Shown here piece by piece: positions 1-13,500 of a DNA stretch of 43,099 bases; the first letter of the stretch is position 1; every line of letters begins with the position of its first letter. Position numbers and translations under genes: made by a program. The stretch covers positions 1 through 43,099 of the forward strand of contig LWCA01000185.1 of the NCBI GenBank assembly GCA_001642005.1. Reading direction: 5' to 3'. The stretch comes from Intoshia linei (taxonomy: Eukaryota > Animalia > Orthonectida). The notes under the pieces are model-generated. The model saw only the letters and a list, made by a program, of their open reading frames with translations. It ran no database searches and was not told where the DNA came from.

Positions 1-174
1 CATTTTTTGTTTTAATAAAATATTTCAGAAAAAAAATATATGAATACTAAAATGGGAACTTTTCTGTTAGATGACTACCATAAATAACGATCAAATTTAT
101 TCAATAATCAAAACAGAAATAATACAGAGTGGCGTTTTAAGTCTCTATCTCAGTTTTCTGTGGCGGCATGAAAC

Positions 175-470
175 TGTTAATATCACTTAAGATTACATCG
201 AATAAGTCTTCACCCTTATTTTTCTGACGCCACTTAAAATTCACACAAGTAACTGTCTAATAAGCTTCTAGCTGTGCCACATTCTTTTTTGTTGCGAATC
301 TTGGCTTGGTGCCACATGCTCTCCACTGTCTACATATGGGCGCCACTTTCCGGATCCACAAAGTTATAACTGTAATTAACGGTTTAGTGCTGGAACTCCT
401 GACTTAATGTTATTATATGCTTTCCATTTATCAGACATAATAGTAGAGCCCGGTCTAATCAAACTGTTAA
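175..470 (-). mobile_element. Merlin/ISXO2 (IS1595-like) DDE transposase remnant
   Basis: Minus-strand translation gives LIRPGSTIMSDKWKAYNNI, then after a frameshift TVNYSYNFVDPESGAHM*TVESMWHQAKIRNKKECGTARSLLDSYLCEF. These are the typical SD.WKAY / VNH..NFVDP..GAHT..IES.W motifs. Internal stop present. Confidence 0.85.
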
Positions 471-640
471 ATGGAATCATTATGCTCATGTATATTAATA
501 ATGAAATATATTTCATAAACTCATCTCTTGTCACATATTCATATTTGGTTTTATTTACAAAATTATCTTTTCTGATTTTTTTTATTCTTGCATTTAGTTG
601 ATGAATAAAAAAATTGACTAATTCTTCCGTAAAAAACACT
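471..640 (-). mobile_element. piggyBac-like transposase N-terminal fragment fused to the Merlin remnant
   Basis: FFTEELVNFFIHQLN...VTRDEFMKYISLLIYMSI resembles the piggyBac pattern FFT.E....IV..TN...T..E...F.G.LI.MG. Confidence 0.6.
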
Positions 641-899
641 ACAGTGCGCGTCACTTGAATAGGGATAAAATGTTAAGTGGATTAACTGTAATTTAGCCGA
701 CTTTTAAAATATAAAAATGATATAGATAGTGTGAATTAGCGATTGATGAATATCCTTGAAAAATTATTTATTAATTGGCTAATTCCAATTTAATAAAAAT
801 AAGTCTATTTTTATTGCGACACTTGAATAGGGACAAAAATAAAAACAGTTAATAAATATACAAATATTTAATTTTACAAACTGAAATTTAACTGGATGG

Positions 900-1390
900 T
901 TAAGGTCAACAATGTGGTTTATTAAAATTGTTAATTAAGAAAATCTTTAATATGCTATTTTTTTCCTATTGCATTTTGCTAGTTCAAACATTCTGTTAGG
1001 CATAGAATTCACTACTCTTTGAAAAACATTTCATTCCATGCAGAAATGATACCTATTTTCAGGTTTTGTATGGAATTATATTGTTTTCCATTTTTATAAA
1101 CCTGACGTGCAAGAATACCCATATTATATTTATAGGGTTCAGGTCTGGAGATAGAGAAGGTCAATTTAGAACATTTATATTATTCTTTTCAAACCAATTT
1201 TTGGATATTTTGGAGACGTGTATTGGTGTGTTATCTTGCTGAAATATCCAACTTGATCCTCCAATTGTAGAACCGATATGTTTAAGATTCGATTTTTTAA
1301 CATTTTTATGTATTTGCTTGAATTTAAACGTCCATTAATTACTTCTAAATTTAGCTTTCCGTTATAATCGAACGTGCCTCATACCATCAT
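900..1390 (-). mobile_element. Tc1/mariner transposase remnant
   Basis: Minus strand: WIFQQDNTPIHVSKISKNWFEKNNINVLN*PSLSPDLNPI...GILARQVYKNGKQY...IISAWNEM (QDNA..H and SPDLNPIE motifs), with stops and frameshifts. Confidence 0.88.
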
Positions 1391-1779
1391 CATCAATTAA
1401 ATATTTTTATTTTTCCAAAATGTTAATTTCAGTTGCCAATCTAAATAGATCACTTAATAATTAATATTATTCATGCTTTTAATACAACTAAAATTATAAA
1501 ATTGTAATCAGTATGCAATTTAAACCTTGGGTCAAGATTTGGTGTTGAAATTCAAAGTAATTTAAAATTGAAACGAATAATTCTGTTATTATAAAAGTGA
1601 AATTTTATTTTAATTCAAGAATAATTATCTAGTCTTTAGCAACCTTATAATCTGACCAAATGATCAAGCATTTCTTTAATGTTTCCATTTAGTTATTCCC
1701 TACTAGTGGGCCTGACTCACGGTTGGGAAACACTGGATTACTATTAAATTACATTATTATTAATCTAAATAATTTATAG

Positions 1780-2904
1780 ATAGCTTGTCATGCTAGAAAT
1801 GCAGAATATAATCCTAAAAAATTTTCTGCTCTCATTATGCGAATTAGAGAACCTAGAACAACGGCTTTAATATTTAATTCTGGTTTTTATGTTATCAATA
1901 TTTAATATACACAATTTTAATATTTTTTAAATGGTTAAAATTAAATTTTAGCTTTTATTATTATTGTTAATTATGAAAGAAAATATGTAAACTTGTAGTA
2001 ATTTTGACTTCAATTGACTATATTGGAATTTCAAATAATGTATTTAGACTTTTTGAATATACTTGATTTTCATAATATTTTGATTTGTTCTCCATAAGGC
2101 GATTCTATTGATACCAGCATTTTAGCCAGCCTGACAATAAATAAAATAACACTTAATTCATCCCATTCAGAAATAATCAGTAGTCTTTGAAAATTATTAA
2201 TTTACTCGTGCTAACATTTTAATAATCTGTATTTTAGGTCGAATTGTTTGTACAGGTGCTAAAAGGTTTTTTGGTTTTATTCATTTTAACACTGTATTTA
2301 GCGTTGAATTATCAAAATTGGCTTCAAGGAAATATGCCAGAATTATACAAAAACTGGGATTTGAAGTAAGATTTTTTGCAGTTTTTTATATTAAAAAATA
2401 TCAATATTTTGTAAGTTTCATATTATTTAGACAGTATAACTCCTATTTATTAAAAACGTTTACCAAAACCATTCATTTTAATTTTTAGATTTTCAGAGCA
2501 TCAGATTTATGATAAAACTGTAATACTAATTTTAGGCGAAATTTAAAGAATTTAAAGTTCAAAATATTGTCGCATCGGGTAATGTTATGTGTCCTATTCG
2601 TTTGGAGGGATTGTGTTACGCTCACAGTCAGTTTTGCAGGTATTTTTATTATTTACAGTTGACATTGAAAATTTAGTTACGAGCCAGAATTATTTCCAGG
2701 TTTAGTTTATCGAATGCTAAAACCACGTATAGTAATTTTAATATTTGTTTCTGGGAAACTCGTTTTAACAGGTAATTTTATTAATTTATTTGTTTAATTA
2801 ATATTTCAGGTGGCAAATTTGTGGATGAAATTTATGAAGCTTTTGATATTATAGCACCAATCTGCAAAGCTTTTCAAAATAAAGCTACCACAAACCGTAA
2901 ATAG
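1780..2904 (+). CDS. TBP: TATA-box binding protein (5' exon(s) not found in the window)
   Basis: Exons 1780-1882, 2238-2265, 2302-2365, 2536-2639, 2677-2771, 2810-2904, all GT-AG, splice to [44 protein letters not shown]...[12 protein letters not shown]...VQNIVAS...[32 protein letters not shown]...*. Confidence 0.96.
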
Positions 2905-2911
2905 TACTAGT

Positions 2912-4551
2912 TTAATAATCGTCACATACATTTTGTGAACAATTGTCAATAATAAATTTGGTTGCTTTCTTTATTTTGTGTTTTGCGGCGTAGCGAATTA
3001 GTTTAATCGATTCACTAAATTGTTTTAAATTAACAATAACGAACTGTACCCTATTTTTAAGCCATTATTTTTTCCGAATTGCATTAAATTTCCATAAGCT
3101 AAATTGAAGGAGGCGTATGGATGCCCCTTATCTGCCGCTTTTCTAATTATAGTATTAACATTTTTCTTTTCATTAAGAATTGTGAACTACAAATTACAAA
3201 ATTGTAGTTGACAAATTCAACACGAGATGGTAAAAATGAAAAGAAGATGTCAGTTGTAATATAGAAATTCATTATTATCAATAATTTGAATTAAATTTTT
3301 ATTAGGAGTGGTTCCCAAACTTATTTCACGAGTCACCACTTGTAATTTAATTGTAATACAAGATTTTGAAATTTATCAATTAATTTTAAAAAAGAATAAT
3401 TGGAGTTTTTGATCTTGAAGGACTCAATTTCTGGAATTTTTAGATAAAACATTAATAGAAATATGGAATGTTTATAACTAGACACTGTACCGTGTTTACC
3501 TTACAAACTACTGCACATAAATGTGTATTGTACATTACCTGAACCACTTCATGGCTTCATTTTTATCAACAGGTGCACCATTTCCGTGTAGATACTTTTG
3601 TCCCAGTATATTTTGACTTTCAGTAAAATCTGCGTATGCATAAACTCGAACCACATTCAAATAAACTATATCGATGTAGGTCATAGCTCCACAAAAACCA
3701 ATTATTCCGCATAAAATCCAGCATATCTAAAATGAAAATTCATTTGTTTTAGTTTTCATTTGGTTGCATTCATAATTTTAATAAACAATTAAATTAAAAA
3801 CCGATGATTTCTATATTTTTTATAAAAATTATAAAATTTTTCAATCCTCTTCAACGGTAGTAGGCCCCTAATATATTTTTAAATTGAATATTACATTTTA
3901 AAAACATTCAATTTTTCGTGTCCCATTACCAAACCTACCATTTTGAAGGCCACGCTAAAATTAAAAATTTCAAACGATACGAAATCAAATTTAGTGCCCT
4001 ATCCCAGTAGGCCGGATCAGATAGGACCTCTATGCTACATTACTTAATCGACCGTTTAATATCTAAACATAAAAAATAATCGTTGGAAATCGAAATTTTG
4101 GTAAACTTGACAAATTTTTTTACATTATCTATTAATATAAATTAAAATAGTAGCCAACATGATATTAAACCGGGCATGTGACCTCTAGCTTTCTACGGGT
4201 CAAGAATCCTGACCTAATAATTTATATTTGACACTCCAAATAATTACGATACTCAAAAATATAATTTTTTTAAATACTAAATTTGAAAAAAATTGTCCAA
4301 ATCCACAAGTGGGTCTCGTGTATAATAGGTTCGTCTTTGCCATCAACACTCAAATTTTTGCATGGTCCAAAATATTTTTCACCAACAAATAAATAATTTA
4401 ACTTTTTCTAAATTGATACCTCAATTTTTGTGAAAGTAAAGATTTTGGAGCCTTTATCTTTACATAATAAATCAATATTATGTTTTTTTAAAATTTTTTC
4501 AACCTTTTTAATGTGTGCTCCTTGGTTGATAGAACCACAATTTTCTTGCAT
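2912..4551 (-). CDS. Small Sel1-repeat protein with an N-terminal hydrophobic (TM) segment
   Basis: Not in the ORF track. Exons 4551-4504, 4457-4420, 4213-4183, 3726-3539, 3142-3050, 3014-2912 splice in phase to MQENCGS...TRRKLEICWILCGIIGFCGAM...ESQNILGQKYLHGNGAPVDKNEAMKWFRKAADKGHPYASFNLAYG...NCSQNVCDDY*. The Sel1 consensus is clear; the first three exons are less certain. Confidence 0.85.
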
Positions 4552-4596
4552 ATTTTAAAATCAAAGGTTTATTTTATAACAAGTGAATAAATACAA

Positions 4597-7500
4597 TTAT
4601 TGATTAAAATATTTTATGGCTTTTCGGGCAGCATTGTGTTTTGCCCATTGGGCATTGTTACCAGTCCCAATAAAAGAGCATTTTCCAAAAATATGTACTA
4701 CTGCCGCGTACATATTTCCATTGGAAGTTGGTTCACTAAAAGTATGTCAATAAAAATAACAAGTAAAATTTGCCTAAAGGTAACTTCTCCTGGTTTTAAT
4801 TCATGAAGAAGACGAATTGGTGATTTAGGAAGATTGTTAACAAAATAATCTATAAATAAAATTAACAAAAGATTAAAAATAAATCTACCTAATTCTGTTT
4901 TTATAAAGGGATAAAAAACGTCCCAAAACTTATTCATATTGCACTCACAATCGATAAACACGGCTCCAGCCAAAGATTCAAATATGTCTCCTAAATTAAT
5001 ATATAGATGGCATTAAAAAGTAAGAAATACCAAGTGGTTTCGGGCATTCTGCATATTCATCATCTTTTGAGTCATCTTGATCGTCGTTATCATTTTCATA
5101 ACCGTAATTAATAAGACGACCCCAAATAGCTGCATCTTTCTGATGATTTTCCTAATAAATTTTAAAAATGTAATGTGAATTATTAATTTTACTTTTTTAT
5201 TTTTATAAAGATCTTCTACAAAATAATCGATTCGCTTAAAAACAACATCAGACAGACATAATAAATAAGAATGCAGTCCATATTTAACAGATAATGATCC
5301 AAAAATTTGATTATTTACTAAAGCAGATCTAATGTCGTTTAAAAAAGCTGGAGAAAATTCACGAGGATCATTATAAATACATTTTGTAATACAAAAATCG
5401 AGCACTGCGTCACCCAAATATTCCAATCTAAAATATGGTTACAACTCAGATATATACCATTATACACTATATTACACTAAACAACACTGCAAAAATTAAA
5501 TTAAAATTATATAGTCGTATTCAGTGTTAATTTGGCAGTAATTAGATAATATGTTGTCGTGTCAAATCGGTGAGTTAATTTGCCAATTAATAATTATTAA
5601 TGTTGCTATGTTAACAAAGATTATAATAAATTATATATCGCAGTGTTAGAGTTATGTTCTATCTGCAAAAACAGTTTTTCATAAATCGACTTTAAAGTTT
5701 AAAAGTACTATATTGCCTAAAATATTTTTATGTTGAAATTTAATAATACAATTTAGTTTTTTAATGTTTGTTTAAGTACAGTGGTTTCTGTTCAATATGA
5801 ATACTGTATAATATTAATTCACGCTTATATGAGTTTCATGAAAATAAAAGTTAGATTTGTATAGTATTTATTGTGAGAAAAAATTTTTAATATGAATTTC
5901 ATTCAATATGAACTGTGAATATGAATTTGTGTAAATAAACATAAATTTGTATTAATTTTCTATCACGTGACTTATAAATTTCAGAAAAGTAACCATTCAA
6001 TATGAATTTGAAGAGAAAAAAATTTTTAGATAAATGATAAAATAGAATTCATTAAACTGTTTGACGAATATTCAAATCGATCTCAAAAATATTTAACCAC
6101 CAAACACTCAATTTCAGTAGGTTTGATAAATAAGTCGTTAAAATATCGTGAAGAAATCCTTAATTGTAATAATTTAAATTTGAATCAGGAGACAACCTTG
6201 CCTAAGAAAATCAATGAAAATTGAATCAGTGGTTTCAACGTCAACGGACATTAAGTATAAGTGGCAATATATTGAAAGAAATGGCGCTGGAAATTGCCAG
6301 TCTTTTGAATTTGAACGATTTTAAAGCCTCTACTGGTTGTTTAAATTCTTTTTTTTAACCAGAGATTTCATTAAATTAAAAAAAAATTGTAGAAAAATCA
6401 AAATTAATAAGCGAGTCTAAAATAAAAAAATTATTTTCTAAAGCTGTAGAAAAATATAGAAATGATAACATATTTAACTGTGATGAAACCAGATCTTATA
6501 AAAAAAGATCTTTTAAAAGAAAAAATTGAAAACACTAACAAAATTAGAAACTATTTTCCATTGCAAAAATAAATACTTATACATTTGTGTTAATATTCAC
6601 TTGATTCTTAATTCATATTCATATTGACCAACCAACTTTATGAATATTCTAAATATCCGGTCGCTTGACATTTATATTGTACAGAAAACTAAGTACACTT
6701 TAGTTTTTTAATATTTGTTAAAGTATATTGAAATGTTTCGTACAATAAAAATAAAAAAAATGGTTTTTCAAAACTTAAATTTCACTAATGGAACAATCTG
6801 TCTAACTATTTGATTTGAAAAAATTGCAAATAGAACATTATTCTATAGAAACTGTTGACATTTAACATTTTTATCAATTTATATGTTTAAATTATAAAAT
6901 TCTTTACTCATTGTCCATTTTGATTAACATACTTTTAATGTCTTTCTTTTTAGAATCTGTGAGGTTATTTTTAATAGCAATTTGATAATTTTGTAAGGAA
7001 TTATCAAGTCGAGATTTAGTAATTGAACATGTAAATGTTCGTTATATCATAAAATAATACGTTTTCAAGCTAATTTTTTTGGTAAAAATGTAAAAGATGA
7101 TTTAAAACATTTTTCATCAAAATCCTCATTTTTGACAAAAATGCAGATAGAACATTATAACTCTAACACTGCGATATGTTACCGTCCGTTTGTAGTTTCA
7201 GTCATTATGAAGACTTTTCTTTAATTTTAAATTTTTTCAATATCCATCATTCCAAAATCCACTTTTACCAAACCTTAAGGAAAAAAGACGGTAACATATA
7301 ACACTTAATCTTATTGAGTTTACACTTTTTATTGTCAAAATCACAGAAATTAAAATTTGAGATAAGACCTATGTAAAAACAAATTAATCAATATCATTTA
7401 ATATTAACTGATTTAATTTTTTAAATTTTGTCAAAAAAAGCTTCGCATAAAAAACCCTACCAAAATCTTTAAAAATTGGTAAAAACATCAATAAGATTAA

Positions 7501-10500
7501 TTAGCAAAATCTATCATTATGTGGCGCTAACAATACATCGCTCAACTGAATGTTCGCCCTGAAATATAATTATTCAGTATAACTTTTACTCAAAGTGATA
7601 TTTAAAATTTAGAATTCAGATTAATTTTTTACTTTCAAAAATGCCGATTTTATAGTAGCAATTCTCAATTTAAAATTACAATAAAATATTCGAATAATAA
7701 TTGAATAATATTCGAAAAAATATCAAAAAACCTTTGATAATTGTCTGTAAATACATTGTATTCGTAAGATGAATGAGTGAATGCTTGAAGTAAAAGTTTG
7801 ATATTTTTAAATTGGTAATTTAAAATGTTTTGCACAGGTTCAACTCTTTTGAGTAAATCATTGAAATTATCTGATGATCCATCAACTTGAAAATCAGATT
7901 TCCCCTTCTTCCTAGTAATTTCAAACGACTTATTCAAATAAGAGTTAAAATCAAATTTCCCGTTACTAATATCTTTTGCAACAGAAAAATTGATACCGAA
8001 ATATTCAAAAACGGAAATGGCTGCTCTAAAATCACAATTACAAACCCAACAACCAATAATAGCTTCAAACGAATCTGACAAATTTTTATCCGTTAAGCAT
8101 TGATGGTAATGAACATCAAAAGGAACAAATTCAGAAGAAACGTTTATATGCTTACATTCTTCATTAAATTCATCGTAATAATTATCAATTGAATAGATTT
8201 TACTTAAACTGTCAGTTAATTCTACTGAATCAACAGATTTACTGAAATTGTAATATTTGGAAGGGTAATAATCAACAGTATTTTCTTTGTTGACAACTTT
8301 ATTTAAAAAATTTTGACTCTGAGAATTTAATGACACAGAACTGATAGAAATGGCAGTATCAGAATCAATAAAATATCCTGGAGCCAACCAGCTAATTTCA
8401 ACGTCAAATTTAGTAGATTGAATAAAATTAGCTAGGCCTTTACTAACAGCTAGCTTGTATAAACTATAATTGCTCACGATTGCACTTCTAATGGAACTGA
8501 GACGTCCTTCTGAATAATGAAAAGGATGTTTGAAGTACGTATTGATAGATGAAGTCAACTTCAAAAACGAGTCTCCAAGCATCTCGTACCTTTCCATGTT
8601 TATCAAATCGGCAGCATTCGTGGTAGTCAGAGTCGCTAGAAAATCAACCAATTCAGGAAGACAGTTTACATTTGTTTGACACAAATATTTATCATATTTT
8701 ATGAACGTATCAATTTTATCAGTTTTGTAAGTTTTTGCATCAGAAATTAGTGTCTTTTTAAACATTTCAGTTGCACAATTTAAAGCTTCGTCAATTTTAT
8801 CAGTATTTCTAAAATTTATCGATAGATTACTAATACTAGAATCCGAATTGGTTTTCACATACTCTTTAAATTTGACATGTTGTAAATTTCCAAAGTTTAA
8901 ACCGAAAATGTTGACAAAATCGTTAAATTTCGGGTTTTCTTTCATAGTAACATTTATTTTGTCAATTTCCTTTTTTATACAAGTTTTGTAAGATACTGGA
9001 ATATTTTTATCAATTATATCTTGTGCTTCCTCCGTTTCATCACAGTCAAAATCATCAATAATTTTCATACTATTCTTATTGATTTTTCCGTCGTACGCTT
9101 CTTGAATTTCTTTGAACGGATTCATTAAATAAACAAAATAGTCACTGGATATATTAGAGTTTGATTTTTTTATGAAATCGGCAATGTCATTGTATAATTC
9201 AAAGGATAATAGCAAACTAACCAGTCGCATCATTATCGACGGTATTAATACTATTTGATGCCATAGAGTAGCGGGAATACAGTGTTTGTAGCACAGTTGA
9301 GGTATCATAATTTCATAGTTTTTTTTAGATGTTTGTGTGTTCAGGGGCATTCTATTTTTTATAAAATTCATCCGTCTTTCAACGTATTCGCAATATAATA
9401 AGTTTTGGTTGTTTTCTAAATTTTTAACATTGTACTTTGCTTCATAATAATCAGCAAATGTACCGAATTTTTCATTAGGAAAATTTGATAACGGAGTCAA
9501 ATTGCTTACTTTATTTACATATAAAAAGTGAACATTTTTGGTTCTATATATAGGCAAAATAATTGCATTTTCGTAGTTTTCATTTGGATTATATTTTGGT
9601 ATCGATGTTATATCCTTTTTATCAATACAAGTTTGTAATACTTCAACTATATCCCAATCCACTTTATCTATAAAATAAAAAGTATAAAAATTAATTAGTA
9701 TAAACCACTGATGGAAAAATGTGTTTTCGTGTTAAAAATACAAAGTACACAGTTAATTTATTTTTTAACACATTTAAAACACCTTAAAAGTTAAATTTAA
9801 AAAGAAAAACATCATAATAGAAACAGATTCCATGAGTAAGCAAGGCTCACTTGCGTAGCTAATATAGTGAAACCCCTCTAAAAAAAATTATCATGCTTTT
9901 AAAAATATATCAATCCTATATAATTTGTTTATTACATTTTCACATGTCAACAGTTTAAGTTGTATTGAATTTTTATGACACTTATCACGCTTTTTTGATA
10001 CTCCAAAAAACAAATTAGTCGTTAAATTTTCAAAATCGTTTGTTTATAAAGAGGTTTCACTGTACTACGAAATTCTAACTAATTAATTATAATCCTAGGA
10101 CGGTTGTAAATTTTAAAAAAAGACAGTTAATATTTTTGTGTTAAAGGACTAAATTTCTGACAATGAAATTTGCTATAAAACATCACCTTCGAAAAATTGT
10201 ATTAGAAATATTGAATTTTTAAATTTTAAAAATTGCATATTCTATTACAGTTTTTTCCGGGGGTAAAAGTAAGATTCATTTCAATCTCCAATTGAGTCCT
10301 TCAATGTCAAATCCCCAATTTACCTTTTTTTTAATTCAAACCCATCCTAGAATTATAAAAAATCCACAATCTGATCAAGATTTTAAAATCATTCACATTA
10401 TAATAATTTTCAATTTGAAAAGCTTGTATTTATGTATTTTCACGGCTAAAACCACAAATTATCATTTTTTGTAAAAAGGAAAAAAGTCCTAGAATTGTAT

Positions 10501-13500
10501 ACAACACAAATTCTGGGATAGTTTTTACAATCATAAGTATAATTATAAATAAATTTATTATTGTGTCACTGTTTATCCCCGTAGATCCCAAACTCAGAGC
10601 CGTTTTAATGCATGGGCAATATGGGCTGTAGCCCAGGGCCACTCATTAAAAAAGGCCCCCAAATTAATAAAAGTACTTGACATTTATATTTTAAAACGAG
10701 GCCCCAAATTATTAAAAAATATTTCACATTTATATCTTAAAAAACAGTTTATAAGTTTTAGAGTGTGGGAATTCAAATAGCTAGAAAGAAAATAGTTTAA
10801 AGAATCATAATTCTAATAATTATTCAATTTAAAATATATTCTACAATGTTCCTCATATAATATTGACATAAAAACTGTTTCAAATGATAATATTAAACAT
10901 TAAAACCTTTATATTAAGTTAATATTCAAAACAGAAAGTAGGTAAGTTGTAAGTAATAACAAAAGTTACTAGAAACTTACATAATATCTTTTAATGCTTT
11001 TATTAATACTCAATGAAATAAGACTTTAAGTCTGCAACCAACAGTATGCCATGTCTTTTAAAAAGGGGCCTAAATTTTTTTATCGCTTCGCTCAAAACTT
11101 TAAAGGGCCTCCGGCCCTTTGCTTAGCCCAAACTTGCGATAAAAATCTCCCCTTACAACCAAAAAATTCATCAACGCCCATTCTATATTATTATATACTA
11201 GTATAATATTATATATTTTAAAATCGCCCACTTTGGGAACCCCTGTTTTAAAGTGTAGTCCCAACAAGAGTCCAGTCTGGCTGTTTACATGAAAGTGCTT
11301 ACAACTTGATAAATAAAATTATGTTAACATTTATCTCATCTATTTGGTAAATTCTGGGACCCAATATGTGAAATATTGGATAAAATAAAAAATATAAAAA
11401 TTATATACTAACCTTGAAGCAGAGGAACAATTAAATATTTTATAAGACTCGTATTAAAAGAAAATTGCATTTTGGATTTGCGCTCGTACAACATTACGTT
11501 ATTTATTAAATATCTATGAGAATTTTGCAATTTTTTCATTTGCACACTATTCAACACAATTTCTTCAAGAAACATAATTTCTACATCAACCTTGCCAGAC
11601 CTGGTAAACAAAGGAATAATACAAATGCGTGGTATTTTCGAAGATGTGATAATAGCTACACCATCATTTAAATTTTGATACTTGATAATTCCTTCGACTT
11701 CTAAACGTGTAGATTGTTCAGCGTCACATTTCAAAGGATCAACTAATAATAATTTAAATTTGTATACATACAATATTTTATCAACTTCCACAGGTTTCAA
11801 CAACTGTTTAGGGTACTAAAATATAAAAATGTCACTATAAATAAATAAAATAATTGTACCTTTCTAGAATACATTTGTTTTCTTTTGACGGTACCAGGTT
11901 TTTCTGCGATAGTCTGCACATTTTTTTGAAAAAGTTTCAACGAGTCATTTTCAGAAAAGACGGGTAAAATATTTTTATCCAAATATTTATTGTTATACAA
12001 CCATTCCGCCAATTTAAAAGAAACATCCATTTTGGCAATTTTTTTATTAATCATGGCGTCTCCCAGATAGAATGATTCTAAACCCTTTATATTTGGGCAT
12101 AATATCTTGAAAGAATAATTTTTACTAGGTAAATTCTTTTTATCAGTAACAAAAATAATATCCTTTTCCTTACCGGTACTTTTGGACTCTTTAATGAAAT
12201 AACGAGCAAACAAATTCTTTCCAACAAATTCTTCTCCCTTATAACATTGGTAGAACCTATTTATCACAGAGATTGAATTCTGCATGCAAATGACTGCATT
12301 TTCTGTAGTCACAATAGGTTTGTTTATGCGAGACAAGTCCGCTCCAAACGCTAGGCTTTCATTTTTACTTTCCAAAGTCAATTCTCTAATAATTTTTTCA
12401 GTTTGAATATAGAGATTAATGCTTCCAATTTTTTTATCCAAATCTTTTTTATCAAAAGAAAAATATACAATTGAATCATCATCCCTAGCTCTACCTGTAG
12501 ATTGTATATAAGAGTTAAAACTCCGCACATCGCAAAAATTGTACACCATATTGCAGTTTCTGATATCTATACCTTCTTGAATAACTTCAGTACAAATCAA
12601 AATATTAATTTTATCTGACCGGAAATCGCAAATTTTTTGATTATTACTAGTCAATTGTTTGGAAACGGGATTATTAGTCCCCACTATGTAATTACACCGT
12701 ACAAAGGAAAGACTTAATTTGCATTTAGAGACAAACTTGATTAGCTTACACAAAGTTAGTGCCGTTTGCCGGCAAGTTACAAAAACCAGCATTCTGTTCA
12801 TTATAATTGGTTTGCTGTCATCTTCATCTAAACCTTCCTGAATCATCAAATTGGTTGATTCTTTGTCTTCTTCGATATGTTCACGTTTGTGCTTGTATAT
12901 AGTGCTAATTAAATTGACCACATTTTCTGATAAGTACGGTTTTATATAATTATACATGTATTTATCTTTAAATAGGTTGCTAAATTCCTGGTATATTTCA
13001 AACAATTCCGTAATAATGACTTTCATGGTTTGATTATAGAGTTTAAGCTTTTCGGTAGTTATAAAGGTGGTCTTGATTAGAGATAAATTTTTAATTAAAT
13101 ATTTTGAAATTACTGCCACTCCCAGCGGTCCCAAAACTTTGTAAATATTTTCAATCGACAATATAATTCTTTTTGGTAAATTGATAAAACTCGTCATTCC
13201 CAATGTTTCTACCAGAATATAGTCTTGATTAGATTCAATTTTTGTATACAAGGGCTGCATATATTTTACAAACATTTGTAAATCAGAAATTTTGTATCTC
13301 ACCATTCTACTTAATTTATCATCAAATTCAAGATTCGAATAAAAAATTATTCTTTTTTTTCTGTTAATATTTTTATTGGCAAAATAATTATATGAAGTAT
13401 CATTCAACGATGTAAATGTTTTGCAGTTTAAATTTTTTTCTAACAATGCAATTTTTTCTTTAATGAGTTCTTGGGAAACATGCGTATCATTTATCAGTGA

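Noticed and set aside
652-838. 19-bp direct repeat CACTTGAATAGGGA(T/C)AAAA at about 652 and 820
   Set aside because: Only two copies, beside a transposase relic; most simply a TE subterminal repeat.
1512-1556. Possible upstream TBP exon (NLNLGSRF resembles VNLGC.L)
   Set aside because: The frame compatible with the next exon contains a stop, and the NIV motif is absent.
3990-4050. GC-richer short hairpin (CCTATC...GATAGG) in a Sel1-gene intron as a snoRNA
   Set aside because: No convincing box motifs or second hairpin could be identified by eye.
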